A stretch of 64,000 bases of DNA from the NCBI GenBank assembly GCA_027310185.1, contig DAIDBH010000017.1, positions 192,001 to 256,000 on the forward strand, written 5' to 3'. Positions 1 to 8,978 of the stretch are shown here, one piece after another; position 1 is the first letter of the stretch; every line of letters starts with the position of its first letter. Both the position numbers and the translations under genes were made by a program. This stretch comes from Thermoplasmatales archaeon. GTDB taxonomy: Archaea; Thermoplasmatota; Thermoplasmata; Thermoplasmatales; Thermoplasmataceae. Under the pieces are notes generated by a model that saw only the letters and a list, made by a program, of their open reading frames with translations, was not told the origin of the DNA and ran no database searches.

Positions 1-203
1 AGACTGAGCTTGCAATTTTCTCAAGGATCGTGAAGAATATTGAGGGCATTACTGTAGTGCTCGTGTCTCTGAGATACTCGGCAATGAAATATGCAACAAC
101 AGTGTATGAACTCGAGGACGGGGAGATAAGACAACTCGATAATATTGAAGAGTTGAACTACGCAATGGAAAAGGAGGGGTTCGAAAATGAAACAGACCTA
201 TGA
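1..203 (+). CDS. ABC exporter subunit, C-terminal end of NBD (partial, 5' end outside window); degenerate half of a heterodimer
   Basis: Frame from nt 3 reads TELAIFSRIVKNIEGITVVLVSLRYSAMKYATTVYELEDGEI...ETDL*. This is an NBD C-terminus with the H-switch His replaced by Leu (VSLRYS), and it overlaps the start of the next ABC gene. Confidence 0.7.
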   Translation, partial: TELAIFSRIVKNIEGITVVLVSLRYSAMKYATTVYELEDGEIRQLDNIEELNYAMEKEGFENETDL

Positions 204-1971
204 AGAAATCGAGGAAACTTATATAAAAACCCTGAGGGGAAGAACAGCCCTCAAGAGACTTATAAAGGACATGGCAAAAAACAGGAAGCAGATGACTGTA
301 TTGATTGCCTCAGTCATGATCACTGCAATAGCTGCTACTTTCTCCCCCCTTGCAATTGGAGATGCTGTTAACGGAGTGGCCGACAGAAGTTTCAAGGTTA
401 TACTTGATTTCAGCCTGCTATTCATTGGACTGGCAATGATACAGTTTGCATCTAACAGATTCAGGGTTATAAGCTCAACCATACTTGCACAGGGTACTGT
501 AAAAAACCTTCGAGACAGATCATTCAAAAGCATACAGCACGTTCCAATTTCATTCTTCAGCAAGGTTAAGGCAGGTTTTCTGATCAGCAGAATGACAAAT
601 GATGGGGAAACTCTGGGAGAGTTTCTTACTTTTCAGATCCCGTCAGTCGTCTCCGGAATGACCACCGTAATAATGTCCATAGCAATTATGCTGTATCTCG
701 ATTTTAACCTGACCCTGTATGCTCTCATAGTGCTACCTTTCCTTTCATTGTTCACCATATCACTGCAGGGCAAAGTGAGGAGGAATTATCTAAGAACAAG
801 AAGAACAATTGCGGCAATCACCGGGAATCTTGCTGAAAATATATCATCCATAAGAAGCATAAAGGCGTTCAACGTGGAATCATATACAGAGGAAAAATTT
901 GACGGCCTTAACAGTGATAATCTTAATGCAAATATCAAGGCATCAAGACTTTCCTCAATGTATGGTGCAATAGTAAGAGTGATCGAATATACTGGAATAG
1001 CTATTGTTGTACTGGCGGGAGCAATACAGTTAAGGGCTGGATTGATTTCAATCGGTATCCTTGTTTCATTCATATTTTACGTTCAGGAGTTTTTTGATCC
1101 TGTGATCCAGCTTTCACAGCTCTATAACTCCTATCAGTCATCTATTGTTGGGGTTGGAAGAATATACGGAATTATAGATAGTAAGAAGGAGGAAAAATCT
1201 GAAGGAGAGGTAAATGTTTCAACACTCAAGGACTCTATTGTCCTTAAAGATGTCAATTTCGCATACGACGATTCGGATGCCCTTAAAAATATTAATCTGA
1301 CAATAAAGAAAGGTGAGAATATAGGGATTGTTGGACATACTGGAGCCGGGAAGACGACACTTTCTAACCTCATAATGAAATTCTACACACCACAAACAGG
1401 GGAAATACTTGTAGATGGGAGGAACCTTTCAGAAATTAACACAGAGTCTTACAGGAATCTCATCTCTCCAGTACTTCAGGAACCATTCCTTTTCAGGGGC
1501 ACAATATATGAGAATGTTAAAATCGCGGCTCCAGACAAGTCGGAGGAGGAAATGGAAAAACTAGCATCTGATTTCAGCCTGAAAAGGATATTTGACAAGC
1601 TCCCTGATGGCATGGAAACCAATGTCGGAGAACTTGGAAGAAGCCTATCAGAGGGACAGAAGCAGGCTATTGCAATTTTAAGGGCATTGTGCAGGAACCC
1701 TCAGATCATCATAATGGATGAACCAACATCGAATATTGATCCATATTCAGAGAAGTTCATCTTCCAGAGTCTGGAAAAATTCGCCCAGGATAGAACACTT
1801 ATCCTGATAACGCACAGGTTCTCAATGATATCCCTGGTAGATAAGATTATAGTTCTACAGGATGGTAAAATTGTTGAGTCTGGAACGTTCCCAGAGTTGA
1901 GGGAAAAGAAGGGAATATTCTCCCAGATGTATGATATTCTCTATGGAAATAGAGGAGAAAGCATAGAATGA
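187..1971 (+). CDS. ABC exporter, fused TMD-NBD (MsbA/TM288-like heterodimer subunit)
   Basis: Multi-TM N-terminal domain; Walker A GHTGAGKT, signature LSEGQ, Walker B IIIMDE, H-switch ITHR. Confidence 0.95.
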   Translation: MKQTYEEIEETYIKTLRGRTALKRLIKDMAKNRKQMTVLIASVMITAIAATFSPLAIGDAVNGVADRSFKVILDFSLLFIGLAMIQFASNRFRVISSTILAQGTVKNLRDRSFKSIQHVPISFFSKVKAGFLISRMTNDGETLGEFLTFQIPSVVSGMTTVIMSIAIMLYLDFNLTLYALIVLPFLSLFTISLQGKVRRNYLRTRRTIAAITGNLAENISSIRSIKAFNVESYTEEKFDGLNSDNLNANIKASRLSSMYGAIVRVIEYTGIAIVVLAGAIQLRAGLISIGILVSFIFYVQEFFDPVIQLSQLYNSYQSSIVGVGRIYGIIDSKKEEKSEGEVNVSTLKDSIVLKDVNFAYDDSDALKNINLTIKKGENIGIVGHTGAGKTTLSNLIMKFYTPQTGEILVDGRNLSEINTESYRNLISPVLQEPFLFRGTIYENVKIAAPDKSEEEMEKLASDFSLKRIFDKLPDGMETNVGELGRSLSEGQKQAIAILRALCRNPQIIIMDEPTSNIDPYSEKFIFQSLEKFAQDRTLILITHRFSMISLVDKIIVLQDGKIVESGTFPELREKKGIFSQMYDILYGNRGESIE

Positions 1972-1990
1972 GCAAATGTGGGTAAAAAGA

Positions 1991-2917
1991 TCAATTCTTT
2001 TTTTCCTTGAGTGCGTCTTCCATGGCAATATTGATGTCTGCAAACTTGATTTTATAACCAAGAGATTCCATTTTTTCCGATTTTATTAACTGGCTTTTGA
2101 GAACAAGATCAGAGGCCTTTCCGAAAAGAGATTTTATGATAAAACCAGGAATTGGTAGCCCAGATTTTTTCTTCAATACTTTCCCAACACTTTCAGAAAA
2201 TATTCTTGAGGTACAGTTTCCGCCTACGCAGTTTATGGGACCGGAAAAGCCAGTATTTTCAATTGCAGACATTATTATGCCTATCTCATCATCCATGTGA
2301 ATCCACGGGAATATCTGGCTACCTGGTCTTACATATCCACCCAGTCCCTTCCTGAAATACGGTACCAGTGCGGCCAGCGCACCCTCATCATTTTCCAGTA
2401 CAAGGGTTGTTCTTACAGTTACGACTCTCACACCGAGATCTTTGGCCTTATATGCCTCTTTTTCCCAGCTGGATACAAGGTTTGCCCAGAAATCCTTTCC
2501 TTCGGGAGAGCTCTCTGTTGCAGCTACATTTTCCGAATACCCATATATACCTGCTGCAGAACCATTGATCAGTACTTCTGGTTTCTTATCGCATTTTTCC
2601 ATTGCACTTATTACGTACCTCGTTCCCTTTACCCTGCTTTCCACGACTTCCTTCTCGTAATTCCCTCTCCATTTTGAAAAAATAGGAGCTCCCGAGAGAT
2701 TTACCACTGCTCTGATTCCGTTCATGAATTCAGAAAGTTCATCTGGTTTATTCATATTGTATTCAATATAACTTGTAGCATCTTGCAGGATTTCCTTCGC
2801 CCTCTTACTGTTTCGTGAAACTACATATATATCATAATCTTTCTCCTTAAGGGAATAGTAAAGCCTTTTGCCAATGGAGCCTGTTGCTCCAAGTATCATG
2901 ATTTTTTTATTTTCCAT
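1991..2917 (-). CDS. TIGR01777/YfcH-family NAD-dependent epimerase/oxidoreductase
   Basis: GATGSIG Rossmann motif; VNLSGAPI, SRVKGT, WIHMDD and GPIN motifs. Confidence 0.9.
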   Translation of the reverse strand: MENKKIMILGATGSIGKRLYYSLKEKDYDIYVVSRNSKRAKEILQDATSYIEYNMNKPDELSEFMNGIRAVVNLSGAPIFSKWRGNYEKEVVESRVKGTRYVISAMEKCDKKPEVLINGSAAGIYGYSENVAATESSPEGKDFWANLVSSWEKEAYKAKDLGVRVVTVRTTLVLENDEGALAALVPYFRKGLGGYVRPGSQIFPWIHMDDEIGIIMSAIENTGFSGPINCVGGNCTSRIFSESVGKVLKKKSGLPIPGFIIKSLFGKASDLVLKSQLIKSEKMESLGYKIKFADINIAMEDALKEKKN

Positions 2918-3069
2918 ATAGGTAAAATAGAATTCAGCTTAATAGGATTTATAAAAAAAATTATATGAACTACACGTTAAGCCAGCTTATTGAATTTCAA
3001 ATATTTCGAATGGCACTTATGATTTGCTATGAATGATAAGAGATAATTATTGGGACACTATTCTTAAAA

Positions 3070-4245
3070 ATGAATAGAGAATTACATGATGCTTATGTAA
3101 TTGAAAATTTGAGAACACCCTTCGGAAGGAGAAACGGGTACTTCAGGAATACACATCCTGTCAACCTCCTTGGATCACTGTCTCGTGAGCTGCTTGTCAG
3201 GATGAAGATAGAACCTTCAAACATAGATGATTTTATAGTTGGTAGCGTAGATCAGTTTGGAGAACAATCAGCAAACATAGCTAGAAATGCCTGGCTGTCA
3301 GCAGGTCTTCCAGAAACTGTTCCAGGAGTCACCGTGGACAGGCAATGTGGTTCAAGCCTTCAATCCATACAGTTTGGGTACAGTGGAATTGAATCTGGAA
3401 TTTATGATCTTGTCCTTGCAGGTGGAGTTGAATCTATGACAAGGGTTCCAATGTTTTCAAGCATCCATAACGATTCCACGCCCATGACCAAAGAGCTCAG
3501 GCAAAGATATCCAATAGACGAGGACTGGTTCAGCCAGGCCAGAGCAGCATCAATTGTCGCTGAGAAATATGGTATAACAAGGGAAGAGATGGACATTTTC
3601 AGTCTTGAAAGCCACAGGAAAGCCCATTCAAACATCAATGATATAAGATCGGAAATTTTCCCTGTAATGGGGGCAGACAGGGATGGAAACAATCGGGTTG
3701 TGGATAGTGATGAAGGTGTGAGAACTGATAGCACCATAGAAAAGTTATCAGGGTTGAAAAATGCATTCTATGGAGTAGATAATATTACTGCCGGAAACTC
3801 AAGTCAGATATCTGATGGTGCTTCCCTGACACTTATTGCTTCAGAACAGAAAGCCGACCAGCTAGACCTGAATAAAAGGGCAAGGCTGAGATCATTCACC
3901 GTTGCAGGGGTGAATCCTGTAGAAATGCTAACAGGACCGATCGATGTTACAAAGAGGATGTTGAAGAAGGAAAATCTTACAATGGAGGATTTTGATTATT
4001 TTGAGGTTAATGAGGCCTTTGCCTCGGTTGTGCTTGCCTGGATTAAATCCACAGGTGCAGACCCGGATAAAGTCAATATCAACGGCGGAGCCATAGCCAT
4101 TGGCCACCCATTGGGAGCAACAGGATCGAGACTGGTTGGGACAATGCTTAATGTTCTGGAGAGAAAAAAAGCAAATCGCGGTCTTATTGCCATATGTGAG
4201 GGTGGTGGAATGGCAAACGGTGTCATAGTGGAAAGGATAGAATGA
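3070..4245 (+). CDS. Thiolase (acetyl-CoA C-acyltransferase)
   Basis: RQCGSS nucleophile Cys; NEAFA, GHPLGATG and CEGGG motifs. Confidence 0.95.
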   Translation: MNRELHDAYVIENLRTPFGRRNGYFRNTHPVNLLGSLSRELLVRMKIEPSNIDDFIVGSVDQFGEQSANIARNAWLSAGLPETVPGVTVDRQCGSSLQSIQFGYSGIESGIYDLVLAGGVESMTRVPMFSSIHNDSTPMTKELRQRYPIDEDWFSQARAASIVAEKYGITREEMDIFSLESHRKAHSNINDIRSEIFPVMGADRDGNNRVVDSDEGVRTDSTIEKLSGLKNAFYGVDNITAGNSSQISDGASLTLIASEQKADQLDLNKRARLRSFTVAGVNPVEMLTGPIDVTKRMLKKENLTMEDFDYFEVNEAFASVVLAWIKSTGADPDKVNINGGAIAIGHPLGATGSRLVGTMLNVLERKKANRGLIAICEGGGMANGVIVERIE

Positions 4246-4277
4246 GGAAATTACCAAAATTTGTTGGCTTTAGATAA

Positions 4278-5228
4278 TTAGATCTTCCTTAGCTGAATGT
4301 AATTTACCTCATGGTTTTCTCTCTTCCTGAGGATTAACTGCGCATGATATTTTGTTCTCTCTATATTCATTCTAAGGTTAAGTCCATTTATTCTCTCCCA
4401 TATATCCAGACCTATCTTTATGGCAACTTCATCTGGAATGGATGCGTATTTCTTGAAATAAGAATTGGGATCCTTGAACGCTGTTTCCTTCAGTTTCAGG
4501 AATCTCTGGATGAACCATTCCTTTATGGTCTCTTCCTCAGCATCAACATATATGGAGAAATCGAAAAAATCTGAGACCATCAGATCATGAAAATTATCAT
4601 TTACCCTGTCAGAATGGGACTGGAGAACATTTAAACCTTCAAAAATTATTATGTCCGGATTCTCAATTTCAATTTCCTCTTCAGGAACAATGTCATATTT
4701 CAAATGAGAATAGAAAGGCGCTTTTAAATGGCTTACTCCAGATTTGATCCTGTAAAGGAATTTGATCATGGATTTGAGATCATAGCTTTCTGGAAACCCT
4801 TTTCTTTCGATTATGTTTCTTCTTTTCAACTCCTCATTTGGATAAAGGAAACCATCTGTGGTAACAATATAAACATTGAGTGAATTTTCCCATGAAGAAA
4901 TAAGTTCCTTCATAATTCTTGCTGTTGTGCTCTTTCCCACTGCAACACTACCTGCAATCCCTATAATATAAGGCACCCTCTCGTTTTCCATCTCTAGGAA
5001 GGCCTTTCTTGTCCTGTTCAGACGCCTGTAATTGTCATAATATACCTTGAGCAACCTGGTCAATGGTGCATAAATCTCCTTTACCTCCTTCATGGATATA
5101 TTTTCATTTATACCTCTTATTTCCCTCAACTGTTCTTCTGTAATTGTAATTTTCTTCCTGTCTCTTAGTTTTCTCCACTTCTCCCTCTCAATGGTTACAA
5201 AGGGCGTTTCATAATCTGAGGTTTCCAT
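4278..5228 (-). CDS. coaA: Type I (bacterial) pantothenate kinase
   Basis: GIAGSVAVGKSTTAR P-loop; TTDGFLYPN, RKGFPESYD, YSHLKYDI and EGLNVLQ match E. coli-type CoaA. Confidence 0.95.
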   Translation of the reverse strand: METSDYETPFVTIEREKWRKLRDRKKITITEEQLREIRGINENISMKEVKEIYAPLTRLLKVYYDNYRRLNRTRKAFLEMENERVPYIIGIAGSVAVGKSTTARIMKELISSWENSLNVYIVTTDGFLYPNEELKRRNIIERKGFPESYDLKSMIKFLYRIKSGVSHLKAPFYSHLKYDIVPEEEIEIENPDIIIFEGLNVLQSHSDRVNDNFHDLMVSDFFDFSIYVDAEEETIKEWFIQRFLKLKETAFKDPNSYFKKYASIPDEVAIKIGLDIWERINGLNLRMNIERTKYHAQLILRKRENHEVNYIQLRKI

Positions 5229-5407
5229 ATTTACACCAGATGTGAGATTGCTTGAAGAATTTAAACAATATCATAACAAAATAAACAATCTTACCATATT
5301 TGAATATGAATCAACTATAACTGAGCCTCCCAGTATTCTATGTAATACTACTTTTTATGGTTATACAAAACCAAATAGGTTATATAACACTGTTTTTTAA
5401 TAGATTG

Positions 5408-6409
5408 ATGGATTTGCGATTCTACATTCTGAGGAGGATAGTGATTATTATCCCTACGCTGTTCCTCCTGTCTCTCATTACTTTCATATTCGCAAGACCA
5501 TTTCTGCCTGTTTATGGTAGTTTTACAAATGAATATATCTCATTCCTTTCCATGATATTTCATGGAAATTTTGGAACAATAAGCACTTCTATTTTCACCG
5601 GTCCTCTCATAATAGGTTTCGAACTTTATTTTCCAGTTACAGTTGAAATAGTAATCCTGACTGTGATACTGACACTTTTAATAGGAGTTCCTCTGGGTAC
5701 ATATATAGGGAACCAGGGCAGCAAAGCAGCGGATTATATGGCAAGGATAGCATCCCTCATATTTTATTCCATGCCACTTTTCTGGATTGCAATAATTCTG
5801 GAATTCACTTTTGGCAGTGGAATAGGGGTTTTTGCAGGACTTTTTGGACATAATTCCGGACTGCCAGTCTATGGTCAGGGGTATTCATCTGGCGTGAATC
5901 CCCCATGGATTTCAGGCCAGGTGTCTTATCCCACCCACATGCTACTTTTTGACTCCATTCTCCACGGTGATTTTACTCTTGCATATATCTCATTTCTGCA
6001 TCTTGTACTTCCTGTTATTGCACTCACCCTGAGCATCCTAGCCATTATCATCAGGTACATAAGGGCGGGTGTTATGGATTATTCCAGCTATAGGTACTCC
6101 AGAAATGCGCTTGCCAGAGGATTAAGTCAGAAGAATGTTGTTATCAATTATTCAAGAAGGAACGGGTTCTTCCCGTCAGCTACAATGATTGGCCTTATAA
6201 TTGCATATCTGTTAACTGGAAGCCTGCTTGTAGAGTATTTCTTCAGAATTCATGGACTTGGATTCCTTATTGTTGAGATAATAGGTGATATCCAGGCAAA
6301 TGGCCTTGCCATGGCTTCACTTGTTCTTATTTTTGGCATTATTTTCATGATAGCAAATCTTGTGGTCGATCTTGTTTATGTGATACTCAATCCAGAGGTG
6401 AACTTTTGA
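5408..6409 (+). CDS. dppB: Peptide/nickel ABC transporter permease, DppB/OppB-like
   Basis: YILRR N-terminus, SMPLFW, HLVLPVIAL, EAA-like loop and ANLVVDLVYVILNP end. The ATG at 5408 is preferred over 5357. Confidence 0.85.
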   Translation: MDLRFYILRRIVIIIPTLFLLSLITFIFARPFLPVYGSFTNEYISFLSMIFHGNFGTISTSIFTGPLIIGFELYFPVTVEIVILTVILTLLIGVPLGTYIGNQGSKAADYMARIASLIFYSMPLFWIAIILEFTFGSGIGVFAGLFGHNSGLPVYGQGYSSGVNPPWISGQVSYPTHMLLFDSILHGDFTLAYISFLHLVLPVIALTLSILAIIIRYIRAGVMDYSSYRYSRNALARGLSQKNVVINYSRRNGFFPSATMIGLIIAYLLTGSLLVEYFFRIHGLGFLIVEIIGDIQANGLAMASLVLIFGIIFMIANLVVDLVYVILNPEVNF

Positions 6410-6418
6410 GGTGCATTC

Positions 6419-7438
6419 ATGGTTAAATCAATTTCACTGTTTAAAAATGAAAAAAAGAGCATGAGTGACTTCGGATTCAAGCTCAGTTTCAGGATGCTGC
6501 TCAAGAAGAAGGCATTTCTTGTGGGATTCATTATTCTTATGGTTTATTCCATAATAGCATTACTGGATGTGGCAGTTCCCCAATATCTTGGAGCAGGATA
6601 CGGCTTAGTTTCCCAGCTAACAAGGTTTTCTTCAGTGACAGGATCAGGTCCTTTACCGCCAACTCTGAAACCATCTTCACTGTATGGGAATGGCCCAGCA
6701 TGGTGGTATTATTTTGGCACAACTTATGCCGGCATTCCAGTTCTTCCTGCAATTCTTTCATCCCTGTATATAGATCTTGGATATACTGCACTGGTAATTC
6801 TAGTTTCTTCGCTTTCTGGATTGCTTATTGGAACAGTATCTGGATATTTTGGCGGTGCAACTGACGAGGCCCTTATGAGGATAATGGACACATTTATCAG
6901 CATTCCTTTCTACGTTACCGCAATCGGCCTGGCAATTGTTTTTTCCATTTCACTGGAAGCAAGTGGAACATCATTTGATGGCCTTGATGTTGTGTCCGCT
7001 GCACTCATAATATCACTTTTCCCGATTTATGCCAGAATAAGCAGGTCAGCAACAATAAACGTAAAGAAGATGAGATACCTGGATGCGGCAAAAACCAGTG
7101 GCATGACCCATATTAGGAATATGTTCAGCCATGTTCTCCCTGACGCCCTTTCTCCAGTGATTGTCCAGGCAACTCTTAATTTTGGAACTGTTATACTTTT
7201 CCTTTCACTGATTGAATATCTCAACATTCAGAATGTATTTGGCATATCGGTGTTCCTCCCCGATCTGGGTAACCTAATAGCCCAGGGAAGCCTGCTTATT
7301 AGTTTAGTCCCTGGAGGTTTCTCCAACTGGTGGACAACAGTTATCCCAGTGTTCTTCCTGCTTCTCGTTGTCGTTGGGGTTAACATAATGGGAGACGGCC
7401 TGAGAGATACACTAGATCCTGAAAGGAGGTGGAAATGA
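6419..7438 (+). CDS. dppC: Peptide/nickel ABC transporter permease, DppC/OppC-like
   Basis: SGYFGG, DEALMRIMD, YLDAAKTSG (EAA loop), HVLP and GDGLRDTLDP motifs. Confidence 0.9.
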   Translation: MVKSISLFKNEKKSMSDFGFKLSFRMLLKKKAFLVGFIILMVYSIIALLDVAVPQYLGAGYGLVSQLTRFSSVTGSGPLPPTLKPSSLYGNGPAWWYYFGTTYAGIPVLPAILSSLYIDLGYTALVILVSSLSGLLIGTVSGYFGGATDEALMRIMDTFISIPFYVTAIGLAIVFSISLEASGTSFDGLDVVSAALIISLFPIYARISRSATINVKKMRYLDAAKTSGMTHIRNMFSHVLPDALSPVIVQATLNFGTVILFLSLIEYLNIQNVFGISVFLPDLGNLIAQGSLLISLVPGGFSNWWTTVIPVFFLLLVVVGVNIMGDGLRDTLDPERRWK

Positions 7439-8977
7439 ATGGATAGACCTTCAAAGGGCGAAACACAGATTTCCCTGATGATCGATAATCTCATAACAAC
7501 CCTGAAGGTTAATGGCACCAGTTATAGGTCACTTGATAGTATCAGTCTTGGAATAAAAAGTGGAGAAGTCTATGGTTTAACCGGAGAGAGCAATTCTGGC
7601 AAAACGATACTTGCTGAGAGCATAATGAACCTGATTCCTGAAAATAGGGGAACGGTTGAGAGTGGAAGGGTGATATTCAACAAAATCAATATTGCATACT
7701 ATCTTGAAGGGAGTGCTAAAAAATCCTACTTTCCCATAAAAAAGGATGAAGACATATGCAAGAAGAAGCCAAAGAAATATGATAAGCTTATGGAAGAACT
7801 GAGAGGAAAGCGTATATCCTATCTTATGCAGGATACATTCCATTCCCTCAATCCATCAATAACCATTGGAGACCATATGGTAGAAGTACTGCTGAAGCAC
7901 AGGATTTCCGAGATGGGGAGACAGATAGTAAAGAGATCCACAATAACAAAAGAGTCATTCATTGATTTCCTTGAGAAGGTGAAGGGTGTTGATGACCTGG
8001 TGAAACGCGAATCCATGACTGTGGATTATTGCAAGTCTAATGGACTGGATTCCCATATTTCTGAAGTGATGGAAATTGTTGAAAAGGATGTGGATTATGA
8101 GATGCCTGTTTCAAGACTGATAGAAAATGTCAAGCCAAAACTGAAAGAAAAACAGGTCAGCGAGATAGAAAAAATCTCTGATTATTATGATATGTGTTCC
8201 AGAATAAATCTTATGAAGCTTGAGCTTGACTCGTCAAATTCACCGGAACGTGAAGCCACGAAAGAGCAAATCAGAACCATGAAAAGGGAAAGTAATAAGA
8301 AATACTTTGCCCTGAAGGTCTCTTTGTTATTTGGCAGAAGGTTCATGCTCAGGGAATTTTCCAGAGAAGCCGTGGCTTATTCCATAGAGACCATGAAATC
8401 AATCGGAATTGAAAGACCGGAGTCCATTGTTAATAAATATCACGATCAATTGCCACCAGGGTTAAGACATCTATGCCTTTTTGGACTGGCACTGATAGGA
8501 GGCCCAGAGCTTATCATCCTTGATGAACCGACTTCATCAATGGACGCATTTACCCAGACAAAACTGCTTGATTCTATTCGCAAATTATCACGTTCAAATG
8601 GGATCACATTTCTTTTAATCACAAATGAGATTACATTGCTTGCAGGAATAGCAGGGAGAGTAGGCATAATCTACGCGGGTAACCTTATTGAAGAATCCAC
8701 AACCCTTGAAATATTCAATAATTCTAAACACCCGTTCACAATAGATTATCTCTCATCTTCAAAGGTGAATAAAGAAGGGATGGAAAGTAATGTTCCCCTT
8801 GAATTCATACAGGGTGAATCACCTGAAATTGTAAACCCTCCAAGCGGATGTAAATTCCACCCAAGATGTAAATTTGCAATGGATGTATGTTCAGTAAAAG
8901 TTCCGGGAATGATTGAAGTGTCAAGAAATCACAGGGTTGCCTGCTTTTTATATTCTGACAAGACGGAGGTTCAGTAG
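7439..8977 (+). CDS. dppD: DppD/OppD-like ABC ATP-binding protein with a large insertion and degenerate motifs
   Basis: Walker A GESNSGKT, IILDEPT, and C-terminal GCKFHPRC...C...HRVAC; signature LPPGL and H-switch ITNE are non-canonical. Confidence 0.85.
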   Translation: MDRPSKGETQISLMIDNLITTLKVNGTSYRSLDSISLGIKSGEVYGLTGESNSGKTILAESIMNLIPENRGTVESGRVIFNKINIAYYLEGSAKKSYFPIKKDEDICKKKPKKYDKLMEELRGKRISYLMQDTFHSLNPSITIGDHMVEVLLKHRISEMGRQIVKRSTITKESFIDFLEKVKGVDDLVKRESMTVDYCKSNGLDSHISEVMEIVEKDVDYEMPVSRLIENVKPKLKEKQVSEIEKISDYYDMCSRINLMKLELDSSNSPEREATKEQIRTMKRESNKKYFALKVSLLFGRRFMLREFSREAVAYSIETMKSIGIERPESIVNKYHDQLPPGLRHLCLFGLALIGGPELIILDEPTSSMDAFTQTKLLDSIRKLSRSNGITFLLITNEITLLAGIAGRVGIIYAGNLIEESTTLEIFNNSKHPFTIDYLSSSKVNKEGMESNVPLEFIQGESPEIVNPPSGCKFHPRCKFAMDVCSVKVPGMIEVSRNHRVACFLYSDKTEVQ

Positions 8978-8978
8978 G

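Noticed and set aside
1-1971. Degenerate motifs in the tandem ABC exporter genes (His->Leu switch; LSEGQ signature)
   Set aside because: Both deviations map to one composite site, the well-known asymmetric TM287/288-type heterodimer pattern
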